This document shows positions 17,445 through 31,554 of a stretch of DNA of 64,000 bases, piece by piece. The stretch lies in assembly GCF_009914755.1 (NCBI RefSeq), contig NC_060932.1; one strand, written 5' to 3'. A program made the translations under genes and the position numbers. The DNA comes from the human T2T-CHM13v2.0 reference genome, Homo sapiens. Numbering within the stretch: the first letter of the stretch is position 1; the number at the start of each line of letters is the position of its first letter. The notes beneath the pieces were generated by a model. The model searched no databases. It was not told where the DNA came from and worked only from the letters and a program-made list of their open reading frames with translations.

Positions 17445-17540
17445 ATACTAGCCCCAGCTCTGCTATACATGATTTGTGGACTTCAGGGAAGTCAGTTCCC
17501 CTCAAGGCCTCAATTTCTCCATCTGTAAAATGAGATCAAT
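17445..17540 (+). mobile_element. MIR fragment
   Basis: Core motif cctcaatttctccatctgtaaaatgag. Confidence 0.75.
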
Positions 17541-17694
17541 AAATTACAAAACCTTGCGTTCTCCCAAATGAGGTAACCTTCTTGTCTATAGGGCTGGATA
17601 TTTTCTGTTATTGCAGCAGACATAAAGGTAAATAAAACATGGACCTACTTTCAAAACATTACGAATCTAAGAAGTCAACTAGCCCTGGGCCTGT

Positions 17695-17975
17695 AGATGA
17701 TGACGGTGGTGATGTTGACGGTGATGATGATGATGTTGGGGATGGGGATGATGACACAGGTTGATGGTGTTGATCGTGATGATGAGGGTGATGGGAGCTG
17801 GATGATGCGATAGTAAGGATGATGATGGTGTTGATGGCGATGATGAAGGTGATGGGAGCTGGATGATGCGATGGTGAGAATGACGATGGTGATGTTGATG
17901 AGGATGCTGGGGCTGCTACTTCTGATGGGGATGACGGTATCTTGACCATGGGGACACCGGTGATGTGGATGAGAG
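17695..17975. repeat. Degenerate (GAT/GGT)n low-complexity tract
   Basis: Triplet-periodic gatgatggt; internal duplicate ggtgatgggagctggatgatgcgat. Confidence 0.9.
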
Positions 17976-17999
17976 TGGATAGGAATCGAGCAGAGCCTC

Positions 18000-18210
18000 T
18001 TTGCCAGGCACTATGCTTAGATATTTAAACACTTTGAAATACTCTTCACAACTCTTTGAGAAGCTCCTGTGATTATGTGCATATCTATGAAGAGGAAACT
18101 GAGGTTTAGCAAGAGTAAGTAAATGGTTCAATGTCCCACTGCTAGCAAGTTGTGAAATCTAGATTTTAATGTTAGTACTTTTGTTCCAGAGTGGGTTCTA
18201 TTAACCACTT
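18000..18210 (-). mobile_element. MIR
   Basis: tgccaggcactatgcttag...gaggaaactgaggtttag. Confidence 0.75.
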
Positions 18211-19748
18211 TGCTCACCTGCCTCCTCCGTTCTGTGCTGTTTTCTAAAATAGGATGTGCTGTTCCAGAAGTGTGTGCAAAAATGCAGGAACAAAAGGAAG
18301 CATGCAGTTCTGCAACGCGGGATGAGCCTGAAAAAATACTCACAGATGTGAATTTAATTATCATTTGAATAACCAGGAGAAACAGAGATGGGGTCGGTTA
18401 TTCTCAGCAGAACCAGTAGGAAATTTGCTACAATGAGGGGTCATGGTCCTAATTGGGACAATGTGGAACATATTATGGCAGAGGTGGGGAATGAAGCTGC
18501 AAGATTGTTTGCATCCATGTAGTTATGAGAAATGAATTCTATATTAGGGAATGTAGAGTCAATTGCACCTGTAATTTGTTGGGTTAGGGTTGAGGGTAGA
18601 GTTTGTGGATAATTGAAAATTAAAAATGCCTTTGATCTGTGACCTTAGACATCTGCTGACCTGCTGATCTGGCACTCAGCCAGAAGCAACAGTACTCAGC
18701 ACTGTGTTTTTCCTCTCCTACTTTCACCTTCAGCATGAGGGAACTCTCAAGTGTGCTGGCTTTTCCTGGAGCCCTCAGGATCTCATCTCACCTTTGCTTT
18801 TAGGAGAAGTCACACAACTCCGTAAGAACAAGAAGTAAGTGAAGTGCTACGTCCAACTCCACGCGGAGAAAAGTGACATATCTCCAATAGAAGCAACAAA
18901 GTCTGTAAAGATTCCTATTCCACAGCCAATTAATTCCCATAACTAAGCAGAACACATATTTTCTCATTCTGTCTCACAGAACTTGTTCAGGTTACTTTGC
19001 TGAATGAAATTTTTTTCCTCAAGACATGGGGATAAGAACTTCTTCATGTGTGCATTATCATATAGGGCATCTCCTGGCATAATATTTAGTCTTCCCTAAA
19101 AAATGGTAAATTTGGTCTACTCTTAGGGTATAGAAATAATTTACATCTTTTTTCAGGATAATTTCCTGTCTTAAAAATATTAGAATCCAGTTCAAACCCA
19201 CAGCCCACCACCGTCACAGCAGCCTGCCTGGGTCAAGCATTCTCGTATATTATGCAGATCCTCAGCGCTCATGCCCCTGAGGCAGGGGTGGAAGCTGGTC
19301 CCCTGCTGGGGCTGACCACCTGCTTCTTTCTCTCTGGGTTATTTTCCTTCATGCTCCTTTGACTTCAGGAGATGAGACGGTTCTTGAATGAGGGATGAGG
19401 TCTCGTTTACTCACGTGTCCTTGTCCTGTATCTGGCACCATGGTTGGTATTCTATAAAAGGAGACAGAAAAGAAAGGGCAGAAAGGAGACAAAAGATGAC
19501 AGGGAGAAGAGCAAAAGGAGAAAAAAGAAAGAATGGAAATAAGTGCAAGAAGGAAGAGAAGGTGGTGAGTGGAGGAGGCATGGGCTGGGCCCCCGGAGGT
19601 TGTCTTGGGGACCTCCCAATGTCCCATTTCATAGGTTGCCAGACCCTTTCACACGCTTATTCCTTTCTATAATTTAAGAGTCAAATCTCCCACCATCTTT
19701 TAAGCATCAGCGTCCTGTGGACCCAAGAGTGTCAGAGAAGAAGAAGAA

Positions 19749-19826
19749 TGAACCATCCAATGTACATGAACCATCCAATGTACGTGAACCGTCCAATGTA
19801 CATGAACCATCCAATGTACGTGAACC
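19749..19826. repeat. 18-bp tandem repeat, about 4.3 copies
   Basis: tgaaccatccaatgtac(a/g) units. Confidence 0.92.
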
Positions 19827-21233
19827 AATGCGTGTGCAAGACTCTACTTTTCAAAGCATGTTTTTCCCATTGAGTCACGGGCCACCTTAACTTCCCACCA
19901 AAGTTCTCACCAAATAAAAATATTCATAGCAACCTTCAGGTACAAATATTACTACTATCTTTTTGAATTTTTAGGGAAGCAACCTGATGATCAGAGAGAT
20001 TTGCTTAGAGTCACTGAGCTTGTAAGGGCAGACCTGGGACCTTCACAGCAGATTCTTCTGATTATAAATCCTGAGACTCCACCTGTGGGGTGACTGCAGA
20101 AGGACCCCCATATTCCATCGCCTACCCAGCAGCCTGCCAGAGTCAAGTGTTCTTGTGTGTTATGGAGTTCCCCACCATTCATGCACCAGGGCTACTGGAA
20201 TTTGAACCATGTTGGGAGGGGACTGGTCTTATCCAAGTAGACTGTGGTGATCAATGTGTGCAGAATAAAACTGTGCTAAGCAAGGACTGCCAGACAACTT
20301 GGCCCCAAGGGAACAGATATTAAAAAAAAATCAGAGGCAACCCACTAGCAGCACCATGACCCCCTAGAGGCAGTGCGAGAGAGCCTTTGTCCACCCTCCC
20401 ATTCTAGCGATGAGGAAAGAGGGGAAGTGGCTGCTGTCAGAGCCAAGTCCAGAAGTAGGAACTTGTGGTGGAAGCCCACAAGGCTCACACATGTCTCTCC
20501 AGAATACTCGTTACAAATCTGCTCAACAATTGTCATTTATCTCTGCCTCCATCTCTGCGTGGTGCCTGATTCTCAGGAGGCCACTGATTTGGCCCCAGTA
20601 GACATTTAGCTGGGAAAGTCTCCCTGTTCCTCAGATCTCTAGCCTCCACTGGGTATTGCTGCCCTTTGATGTAGGAAGATGGCAGGATGCACCTGAGATC
20701 ATCACAAGTCACAGGCTAGAGGAGTTTTCAGCTGTTTGTGCCTGTGTGTGTTTCATAACTAATTTTTTTCTTTATCATATGTAAAATAGGGTTAATGATT
20801 TCTATCATCAGGGTTGTTTCAATAATAAACACTATAATAAAAAGCACTTATAAGCCAGATGTGCATATATAATAGAGATAGAAATAGAGATGTGTGAATA
20901 TAATAGAGATGGAAATAAATTATTTATTAAATGCTGATCGAAAAATTTTGGGGGAGTTATAACAGCATTCATTATGCAGATGAGGTAGCTATACAGTTCT
21001 TTGAGAAAATAACAATAATAGAGATAACAATAACCAAATAACAACAATAACCAAAATTACAAACACATTCACTGATGTCCTTGGATAAGACTCCATTAGG
21101 GTCACTTGGCAATAAATGGTAATAAAACCGGAACTAAACATCTCACACCCACTGGCCTTTCTTTGCGATTCAGGTGGCTCTAAATGTTGGAGGCAGAGAT
21201 TGGGCTGGGTTGAGGCTGGGCAAGTTGACTGCA

Positions 21234-21289
21234 GAAGGGGCCACGGTGTGGAAGGGGCCACAGTGCAGAAGGGGCCACAGTGTGGAAGG
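21234..21289. repeat. 17-bp tandem repeat, about 3.3 copies
   Basis: gaaggggccac(g/a)gtg(tg/ca). Confidence 0.85.
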
Positions 21290-22753
21290 CGCTCTGGACT
21301 CTGCATTCCATGACACCAGGTGGTGGGGTCTGTGAGAAGTGGGGCACTGCATGGTGAAGGTTTAGAGACCCACGAGTAAGTGGTGAAGGGAGGGAATGAG
21401 GATCCTATGCCAGTGTCCAGCCCACAGCCCCAGGGCCAGGAGAGGGAGAGGGGCTGGAACACAGCTCAGAAATGTCCCCACATCTCCTGGGAGGTGACTG
21501 CAGTGACCCGGGCCTGAAAAGGCACAGAACCTGCCTCTCTGGGGAAGGAAGGAGTCGCACCATGCATCCTTGTCCTACTGCAAGGGGGAGCAGGAGAGCC
21601 AGGGCGGAGAGCAGAGGGAAGGAGCCGGGGGCTGGTCCCCCTCTGCAGGAGCCTCTGGGCTCAGCTCCTCTGCCCTGGGAGAGAACCCATGATGTGGGTG
21701 TCAGCGAGGTGCAGAGAAGCAATCTCAATGCTGAAAATGAGAGCCTGGTGTTCTGCGGCACCGAGCAGCAGGGGGCCACTGGTATCATCTGCTTGCCAAT
21801 TTTATTCTCATTTCAAGGTGCTGATGGCATCACTGGAGGTGAAGTCATTTTCTCAGAATTTAATCCAGGCCGTTGGGACAGACCTTGTCAGCATGGAGGG
21901 AAGGGAAGAAGGAGTCGTAGAAGGAGCTCCAGGAGATCACAGCCAGGTGCCTGGGGGTCAGAAGGACGATGTGATAGCAGGTGGGAGAGCCCTGTTCAGG
22001 GACCTCACCTCGGTGCCATCAGCTCCTTCTCAGACTTTTCATCCTTTGGGATTGTGTCCTCTTTTTCCCTTGCAGGGATCCTGCATCCTTGGATGTCAAC
22101 CCTCCCACCAAGCAGCCCAGGAAGACTCTGAATGAAGCATCAGAGCTTTGCTGTAAAGGACTCTTAGGAAAGGAGAGTGTTTCTTGGGTAACAGTTGAGG
22201 CATTTCTGTAGCTGTGTGCCTGTTAACAAAGGAGGAAGAAAACGTCTCAGATCCAAGATAGGAATTTTAGCAGTCTGAGCTACTACCAAGAATGGCCAAG
22301 AGATTTATGATTTTTCTTTTTTAATTGTGCTGTGGTTTCTGGATTATGCTTAGTATTTGTTCTTTCTTTCCACATGTAAAAACGGAAAGGAACCAGAGTT
22401 AATTGCCCAACATGATCTTAAATGCCACAGAAACCTCCCAAATTAAGTATTAATTAATCACATCTTGCAAATGAAGAGAATGCTCAGAGAAATGAAAGAC
22501 TGACCAGCGGGCAGAGGCAGAGTTGAGATTGGAACCCATCTGCCCGAGCCCCAGAGGACTCTTTTTCTATTTTACAGGCTCTCTTTCCCACCTCTGGGAA
22601 TGCTGATTTTGAAAATGTTACACTAAACTAAACTGCATCAGGAGAGTCCTGTGCAAAATAAAAATCCATGGAAACCACTGGTCGACATCCCAAGGATCCA
22701 TACAGAGCTGTGTTTGTGGGTTTTCTCCCACGAGCCTCTCTAATAGTTTTAGA

Positions 22754-22772
22754 CGACCAGTAGGTGGCAGCA
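22754..22772 (+). promoter_or_regulatory. Predicted CTCF binding site
   Basis: cgaccagtaggtggcagca matches the CTCF core CC[AG][CG][CT]AG[AG][GT]GGC[AG]; lies in unique sequence. Confidence 0.65.
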
Positions 22773-23064
22773 AAGAGCTTTCCACGTGCTGTACTCATCC
22801 CTGCAGCGAGTCCGTGAAGGCATCACCTGGGGAAGAATTTCTGGGCATTAAAATGGGGCATCAGTGGCAGGATCTGAGGCTGGGTCAGGTAGGCAGGATG
22901 TAGATGATGAAGGATAATCCATATACCTTGCTGGAGAACGCCTGTTGACTACAGACGACAGCTTAACTAGGGAAGCAGAGCTCTCATTTGACTTAGGAAG
23001 CTCATTTCGGCAGCTGCAATGCAGATGCCGATAACGGACATGGAGATGAGACATTTATTAGTAA

Positions 23065-23250
23065 GGGCCTTCACTTATTACACTAGCCAAGCAGCTTAAC
23101 CTCTGCACATTCACCTCTGCAGCTCAATGTGTAAAATGGGAGGAATAATAGCATCCACTTCGTAAGATTGTTACTAAATGAATCACCACACGTCAAGTGC
23201 GTACTATGATGCCTGCCAAATACTTAACTATTGATTAAGTGTTAACTCTT
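23065..23250 (+). mobile_element. MIR
   Basis: cttaacctctgc...tgtaaaatgggaggaataatagc. Confidence 0.65.
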
Positions 23251-24675
23251 AGTAATATCTTTATTGTAATTACAGAGATCTTTGTGGCATAATTAACAGG
23301 ATGTGGTATAATTTGTGATATAACTCACAGGTGATAGGCTGGATAAACGCTGAGGAGCATGGTGGGGCCATTCATGGCAATCAGGCACAGATGCAGACAG
23401 CAGGTTTGCAGGGAAAGAAGGGGAGAGCCCAGGAAGCAGACAAGCCTGCGCCCCCACCCTGGTGAGGAGGGACACGTGGAGGGTCTGAAAGTCATCAGTG
23501 AACAGCAGGGAACTGTGGCCAGAGAGGTCTCCCAGAGAGAGGCAAGCAAACCATTCCACAGTGGGTTGGAATAAACTTAGAGAAGAGGTAAGAAGTGAGA
23601 AAGGACTCAGAGAGCTCTGGCATTTAAGGGTGTTAAGACCAGGGAGAGCAGCCAGGCAAGTCTGAATAGGACAGGTGAGGAGAGCCACCAGGAGTCAGGA
23701 GAAGCAGGTTTTCCAGAAGGAAAAATAGGCTGGCAAAGTCCAGTGCAGCCCAGATGTCAGGCTGGATTGACTCAGGAGGGGAAGCGATGGGCAGCTTTCC
23801 CATGAGCCACCCTGGTGCAGGTGGAGGCCCCTGCAGTGAGACCAGGAGCTCATGCAGGGAAAGGCAGTGGATAGTCAAGGGGGACACACACTTATATGGG
23901 GGGCAGTCAGTGAGGCCATGTTTTGAGAGGCCCTGGATGCCAATCTATGGTTTGTCTATAAGTAGACATCAGGAACTAACAAATAATCATAATAATAGCA
24001 GCAAACTCACATTGCACACTAAACCATCAGTCACTGTTATTAGCACTTTCCTGCCTGATTTTCTTTCATCCTTGCAGCAAACCTATCAAGTAAGAAATGG
24101 AGTAAGTCACCTTATGCGACCCTTTAAGGTTTCACAGCTGGAAAGGGGTCAAACCCAGGTCTCCTGACTCCAATCCTTGCCTTCTGAAATGCTTGGGCAG
24201 GGAGCCTGGCAGGGTTGTGGAGGGCAGACAAGAAGAGAGGAGAGACCAGGTAGAAGCCTGCTGCCAGGGAGGGGAGGCCCTCGATTGCTCAAGAGAGGAG
24301 CTCATCCTTCCTTGCTAAGCATTGCTTGAATATTGAAATGCATGAGGTTCAATGACTAATGAAGAAAAAAAAATGAGGTGAAGAACTGTTCACATTGTAT
24401 GACTCCATTTAGTAAAACGCTTACCTATGCAGAGATCATCTCTGCAAAGTTCTACAAACAGGGAGGAAGATGGGGATGGGGATGGGGATGGGGACACTGG
24501 AGGTTAGAGGGGGAAGAAAACTCATTTTGTACTGTATACTCTTATGTGCTGTTTAGACATTTTCTTTAACCTGGATGTGTGTTACTGCTTTTTCAGAATT
24601 TCAAACATATAGAATATTACTAAAAATAATATAATGGATTCAGTAACAACTTTTATCACGTTAATATTTGGACAT

Positions 24676-25053
24676 TGACATAGTTTGGATCTGTGTCCCC
24701 ACCCAAATCTCATCTTGAATTGTAATTCCCATAATCCCCGTTTCTTGAGGGAGGGACCTGGTGGGAGGTGATTGGATCATGGGGCCGGTGTCCCCCATGC
24801 TATTCTCATGACGGTGATTGAGTTCTCATGAGATCTGATGGTTTTATAAGGGGCTCTTTTCCCTTTGCTTTTCTTCTCTTCCCTGCTGCCTTGTAAAGAA
24901 GGTACTTGCTTCTCCTTTGTCTTCCACCATGATTGTTAAGTTTCCTGAGGCTTCCCCAGCCCTGGGGAACTGTGATTCAATTAAACCTCTTTTTTTAATA
25001 AATTACCCAGTCTCAGGCAGTTCTTTATAGTAGTGTGAGAACGGACTAATACA
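24676..25053 (+). mobile_element. THE1C/D-like MaLR solo LTR
   Basis: tgacatagtttggatctgtgtccccacccaaatctc...gagaacggactaataca. Confidence 0.9.
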
Positions 25054-26398
25054 TTTTTGCTTCAAATTTCTTTTTTAAAAATATATACACACGCAGAGTG
25101 GCCCTGCAGATAGATGGTGACCTCTCTCCACGCCCTTCTTCAATGTCCTTCTCATCCCTCCCACCTTAAAGGAACCACTATCCTGAATTGCTTAGCATTC
25201 ACAAGGACATTCTTATTCCATTTTTAGAGATTTAAATGTTTTTAAAGTCTATAAATGTGGCCTAGTAAATTATTGCTGTGTATCTCATATGATTTTTACT
25301 CAAACTAGTTAAGAAATTTATTTTTATTCCTATTTTGGAGAGAATTGTTGCTCATGAATAAATTTGTTACTGATGCTTAAATTTGTTCAATTCTTTCCTT
25401 TTCCAGTAAGATGCTCACTCTTTTTTACTCCTTTAGTATATAAATGTGTCAAATTTCATTACCAGATTTCCTGATATTGAGCCATCTTTGCATTTTTGCA
25501 GAAATATGTTAGCCTTTCCTATCATTTTGAAAAGCCAAGGACCTTAACATACTCTAATGGAGACTCATCGTACAGTCTGCCAACAGAAGTATTTTGTAGG
25601 AGTTGACAAGTATCTTTAGGGTAAAATATCACTTCCAATTATTGAATTGTCCCATTTATAATTCTTCAGTGGCTCTCTTTTGCTCTCTGAATTTCAAGCA
25701 ACTGAGTGTATGCAGAGCTCTTTACACTTTATGATCTTATCTTTGAATTCATTGCTTGTCTCTGGCTTCTTCTGTAAGCCTCATATCCAACCAAACACAA
25801 AAACTTGACAATTGTCATATTTAAATGTCTCTTTAATGCAACCCCTATTTTCCATATTTAGGAGCCTTGCTTTGGTTCAAGTTTCCATGTGTTTTATCTC
25901 AGCACCACTCTAAATGAGCTCAAGAATACCTGTTATAAGATATAGATGGGCTATTTCACATTGTCATTCAAAATGCCGAGCTGGATCCCCTACCCCACAA
26001 GACAAAGACCAAACTCCTAAATACCACACATCTATGACCATGTTTCTGTCTGCTGGACTCATTCTCCTAACAAGATGGTCTGTAACAATTTGCAGTATAC
26101 ACTTGTGGCTGCATTTTGAAGTTCCTTCTCAAAGGAACTGGCTTCCCACTCTGAAGGGGTGTCTAAGCTGGCTCATTTCTGGGAATTGGGTAAAGGGCCA
26201 CACATCCCTACTACAGTGACTCAAAAACAACTGAGTGTCTGCCAGATCTGGAATGTTTCCAGGTATCTATTTCAGGGAGCACCATAAGAGGCTGCACAAT
26301 TAAGTCCCAGTAACTCCATGATTTAAGTCACCATTATCACACAGTCCTGCCTCTCAAAACAGTTATCTTCTTCCTTGTGGCTTGTTGTGGTAATTGTA

Positions 26399-27174
26399 CC
26401 TACTGACAGGAGACAGGGAAATACTGGGTAGAAGAGGGCAGTTCCCCAGCAAAGACCCCACCCTCAAGCCTGAAGACCTGTGTCCCTAAGTGAGAACAGG
26501 AATTTGTTTTCACGCCCCAAAAGTTGCCTTTTGGCCCTCCACACCCCTATCCTGTGCCCGTATAAACCCAAGACCTTGGTGGGCACAGACACAAGTGGCT
26601 GAACATTGATAGGAGCAGAGGAACACAGCAGCGGAGAGTGGTGGAGATCGGCAGAGTGGCATGGCAGAGAAGGAGGGAAGAGGCGTCTGAACATCAGCCA
26701 AGAACAGCTGGACTCCAGGGGAAGACCACCTTCCCACTCCATCCCCCGCTTCCGGCTCCCCATCCATCTTGCTGAGAGCCACCTCTACCACTCAAAATAA
26801 CCTTCCACTCATCCTTTGAGTCCACGTGTGATCTGATTTTTCTGGTGCACTGGGCAAGACCTCGGGATACAGAAAGCTGTCACACTGGCCCACTGCCCTT
26901 GTGATAAGGCAGAGGGTCTATTGAGTTGATTCACACAAGCTGTCTGCAGACCACAAAGCTGAAAGAGCACACTGTAACACATACCCACTCAGGCTTCAGG
27001 AGTCACAGACACCCACCTCTGGATGCTTCCCTGGGGCCAGAGCCCAAAAGCGCTCCCCACAGCCTCTGCACCTGCCCATTTGCAAGCTCCCCCGAGGGGT
27101 TTGAGCAGTAGGGTGACCGAAGGAGCCAGCCACTGTATGTCTTGCGAGGGGAATAAGGGAACTCTCTGGTTTCA
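26399..27174 (+). mobile_element. ERV1 solo LTR, LTR1 family
   Basis: gacaggagacagggaaatactgggtagaagagggcagttcccc...gggaactctctggtttca. Confidence 0.75.
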
Positions 27175-28052
27175 CGACCTTATCTTTGGTAATTATGGCC
27201 TGCCACATGGCCTCTAATATTTCTGTTTCCATCATCCCTTTCAAACCAGGGAGCTCAATTTCAAGGGTGCCATCATCTTTGGCACCACAGAGCTGTTCAA
27301 GAACCCTGGTGCCCCTCACCCACGGGTGTGTCTGAAGGTCTCCATAGTCCTGGGGCATGTAGCTAGAAGATAGCTAAGCGAGTTGCACATTGTAGATTCA
27401 TTAAAATCCCGTCTAACTAAGCCTACTAAGTGCCTCCTTTTACATTGTATCTGGGCTAGTCCTGCATGTTGGCTTCTCTGAATTGAGTGTTCACCATTGT
27501 GTGAAGCATTTGGTCTGCTAACCAAGCAGAGGGTTAGTACCTCATCCAACTAACTAAGTAGTGAGTCCTGGTACCTCTCCCACATCAATAATGTAGGCAC
27601 AGTCCAGTGTTAAATTTTATCCCCCCGGTCTAACAATCTTGGAACACGTTCCCACTCAAGTTTCTCGGGCTTCTGTCAATAAAGAATTAAAAGATTCCAT
27701 AACTCAGTTGGTGGATAGAGGCACATTTCCTACAGCAAAGCCTCCATTCCCTTCCTGCCATTGCTGGAATAAAGCTCTTGTTCTCAGCTCAGAGGCAAGG
27801 GGCATTAGGGGCCATCCCTCTATGCATGAGCCACCCTTTGTGAGGTCATTCAAAAGTTTTAATAGATATTTCTAAATTATTTTATTTTTTAATTGACAAC
27901 AAATGCATATATTTATCATACACAACGTAGTCTTTTGATATGTACCCATTGCAGAGTGGCACAGACTGATCTTTTTTGTAGTGATAACTTAAAATGTTCT
28001 CTCGGCTATTTTCGAGAATACAATATAACGAGAGTTACTATAGTCTATATTT

Positions 28053-28354
<302 letters not shown>

Positions 28355-29399
28355 ACTATAGTCTATATTTTAATTTAAATATTTTTTAATTTTTTAAATG
28401 CAGGGAGAAGCTGATTCCTTCATATATGAGAAAGTGCTACTTTTGTGGTAAGGGGTGTTCAGAGGGATTGCAGAGTTCAGCAGTTCTCAGCCTTGTCTTT
28501 ACCCAAATGGTCCATGCTTTGAGGTCTCTCTTCCCCTCTGTTCCCTGGACTTGGCATGAGAGACTTGCAGAATCATCTATCTAATTGTCACTGTAATTCC
28601 GTGACCCTTACAAACAGCCTCTGGACATAATTACATTCATAGACTTGTAACTACAGGGGGAAAGGGATACCTTTGGAATTGCCATGGAGATTTTTTTAAT
28701 TTTCTACCTGTAACCTGTGTTGAGAATTCAAGGCTTTAAGTCTGTCATTTTATCTAAATATGCTCTCCAGGCAGGTCAGGAGCTGCCAACTATGTAGCAA
28801 CCTCAGCTACTAAGTGGTGTGGCCAATTACTAAATCAACATCTTGCCTTCTACCTGCACGTATCACATAGCTGCAGAGGCAATCCAAGTGTCCGTGATTT
28901 TGCAGCACACGGCAAGTCATCCCTGTCTCATTTTTCCTTGGTGAAGAGATGAGATGTTCATGTGTTCAATGTGTAATCCATTAAATTTCAGAATCCAATT
29001 CCAGAGTGGGTCTGTTTCCTAGGGTCACTTCTGGGAGAAATACCTATATTGCTCAAGGTATTGGCAGAAAAGAGTTTATATATTAGCGGGGAGCATGAAG
29101 GATGTTAGAAAGGGACTACTTTCAAAATTTTTTCAACTAAAAATAACCCCATACTTAACAAGATTCTCTCACATTACTATTAAATGTAAGGTCCTTGAGT
29201 AAAGACACTTCTGTTGGTTTCTTTTACTGATGTCTCCCTAGAGTGTAAACCAGGCCTGTGCACAGAGCAGGAGGTCAGTAGATAGTTGATGACTGAATAA
29301 AGAAATGACGGCGAAACATGGTTTATGGAGCTTAAACAGCAGAGGCCTCCCAAAATTGGAATTGCCATGAAATAGTTTATGATCACACATTTCATAACT

Positions 29400-30780
29400 A
29401 AAGAACATTTTAAACGTAAACTTTCTTTTAGTTGAGCATAAAATCAAATCCCAAAGTGCCCAAATAAGAAATGTACAGCTGGGTGAATTTTCACAAAGGA
29501 AATATTGCTTGTGTAACCATCACCCAGGTCAAGGGAAAAGCAGAAGCCATAACAGCACCCCAAAGGCTCCTTCAAAGTCCTTTTCAGGGGTTGTGCACTC
29601 ACACTGAGACCCTGATTTCTATCACCTAAGGTGAATTTTTTCCTGCACGTGAAACACGTGTGCACACACACACTCAGAGATGGAACAATACCATATCTCA
29701 CTGCATCTGATTTTCTTCACTCGGCATTATCTTTTGAAGATTTATCTTTGCCATTCGGTATGACAATATTGAGCTCTTTTTCACTGCTTTGTATTACATT
29801 ATGTGAATAGACTATGTTTGTTTATACATTTTACTAAGTATGAATGTTGGCTTGTTTCCAGTTTTGTTACAAATGGTGCTACTGTGAAAATTCTTATACA
29901 TAGCTTTGGTAAGCAAACGCTCTATCGTTCTCAGTTATTACCTAGGAGTGGAATTTCTGGGCAATAAAGTATCCATTTGTTCAGTTTTTATAGATATTGC
30001 CAACCAGTTTTACAAAATGGTTGTAACAACTTACACTCCTACCAGTATAGTATGAGCATTAAGGTAGCAAATCCTCACAGCACTTTGTATTGTCAGTAAT
30101 TTGCATTTTAGCCTTTGGGGCTGTGGGGGAATTCACTGGGATCTCACTGTGGTTTATATTTGCATTTGAATAAAGAGGTTGAACACTTTTTCAAATACAT
30201 ACAAGCCTTTTAGATATAATCTTTTGCAAAGTGCTTGTTCAATCTCTTACTCATTTTTCTATTGAATTATCTTTCTTTTCTTATCAATTTAAAAGATTAA
30301 CTTATTCTGGATGTAAGTCCTTTGTCAGAAAATCATCTTCTCCCACCTGTGGCTTGCACAATTACCCTATTGATGGTGTGTTTTGATGAATAGAAGTTCT
30401 TAATTATATTCTACATGCACTGATCTTTTAAAAAATATTTTATGGTTAGTACATGTATTTTCTTTTTAAATACCTTTGCCTACAACATGGCATTAAGCCA
30501 TTGTCCAATGTTACTTTTTAGAATTTATAGCACTATTCCTTTTTCACTTAGATATAAAAACTATCTGGAGTAAATTTTATGTATGCATTGAAGAAGGAAT
30601 CAATATTAATATTCTCAAAAGATGAATATACAAATTATATAGAACCAATCATTTATGTATTGCATTGATAATTAGCTTATGCGTGTTAGTGGAAATTTTA
30701 TTCTATTACAGTCCTCTATTTGCCTATTTTTGCACCAATTGCCATGCTGTCTTAATTGTGAAACTTTATATGAAACTTGA
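29400..30780 (-). mobile_element. Old L1 (L1MC/MD-like) 3' region
   Basis: tgtaaccatcacccaggtcaag; cctaggagtggaatttctggg; aatttacactcc-like motifs; boundaries approximate. Confidence 0.75.
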
Positions 30781-31554
30781 TGAGATGGGAGAGTTTCCTG
30801 ACCCCCTTATGGCACTTGTGAGTAGGGGTGGGCTGGAGCGGTGGTGGCTCATTTTGCTCAAACCCCTTGCAGGAGTGGGAGCATGCAGATGAGTGGGTGT
30901 AGGAGCCAGGGCGAGTGCCTTTAAGCACGGGCAGGAACGAATGTTGTACCGGCCCTCAGCAACATCTAGCCGTTGCCTGCAACCTCTGGAGTCCCAGAGG
31001 GTGTGTGTTACAAACAATGCCATTTAGCAGTTGCCTTCCATGGATGGCTAAGTGTTAACCAGCTCAGTGGAGAGTCAGAGTAACATACTCTGCCCTCTTG
31101 GTACCCAGATTCTTGTCCGGCATCCAGGAAGAATCAGGTCACATGGACTTGAAAGATAGTGAATGCAGAAGTTTTATTGACTGATGGAAGTGGCTCTTAG
31201 TGGGATGGGGAGCTGGAAAGGGGAAGGAGTGGGAAGATAATCTTCTCCTGGAGTTTGGCTGTCCGTGGCTGAACTCCTCTTTGTCCAGGTGCCTCTTTGA
31301 TGTTCAGATGCTTCTTCTCTTCTGTCCTTCTCTGCTGTGCCACTCTGCTCCTCTGCCAGTGGAGTTTGGGATTTTTATAGGTACAGGATGGGAGGTGTGG
31401 TGGGCCAGGGTGGTTTTGGGAAAATCAGCATTTGGGTGGGAAAATGGGGATAACTGTTCTCATTTAAGGCTGTGGTTTCCAGGCTTGAGGGTGAGACCTT
31501 TGCCTGGGAACCACCATCTTCTACCCAGTATTTCCCTGCCTTCTGTCCGTATCA
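30781..31554 (-). mobile_element. ERV1 solo LTR, MER52/LTR27/LTR28 group
   Basis: Minus strand begins tgatacggacagaaggcagggaaatactgggtag; TG...CA ends; possible 4-bp TSD ttga/ttta. Confidence 0.75.

Noticed and set aside
17659-17949. Ser/His-rich ORF
   Set aside because: Translation of a (GAT/GGT)n low-complexity tract
21405-22211. Overlapping 127-219-aa ORFs
   Set aside because: GC-rich unique DNA open on both strands; no recognisable domain
25900-27800. Possible ERVL internal relic around the LTR1 insertion
   Set aside because: Impression only; no gag or pol motif could be read with confidence
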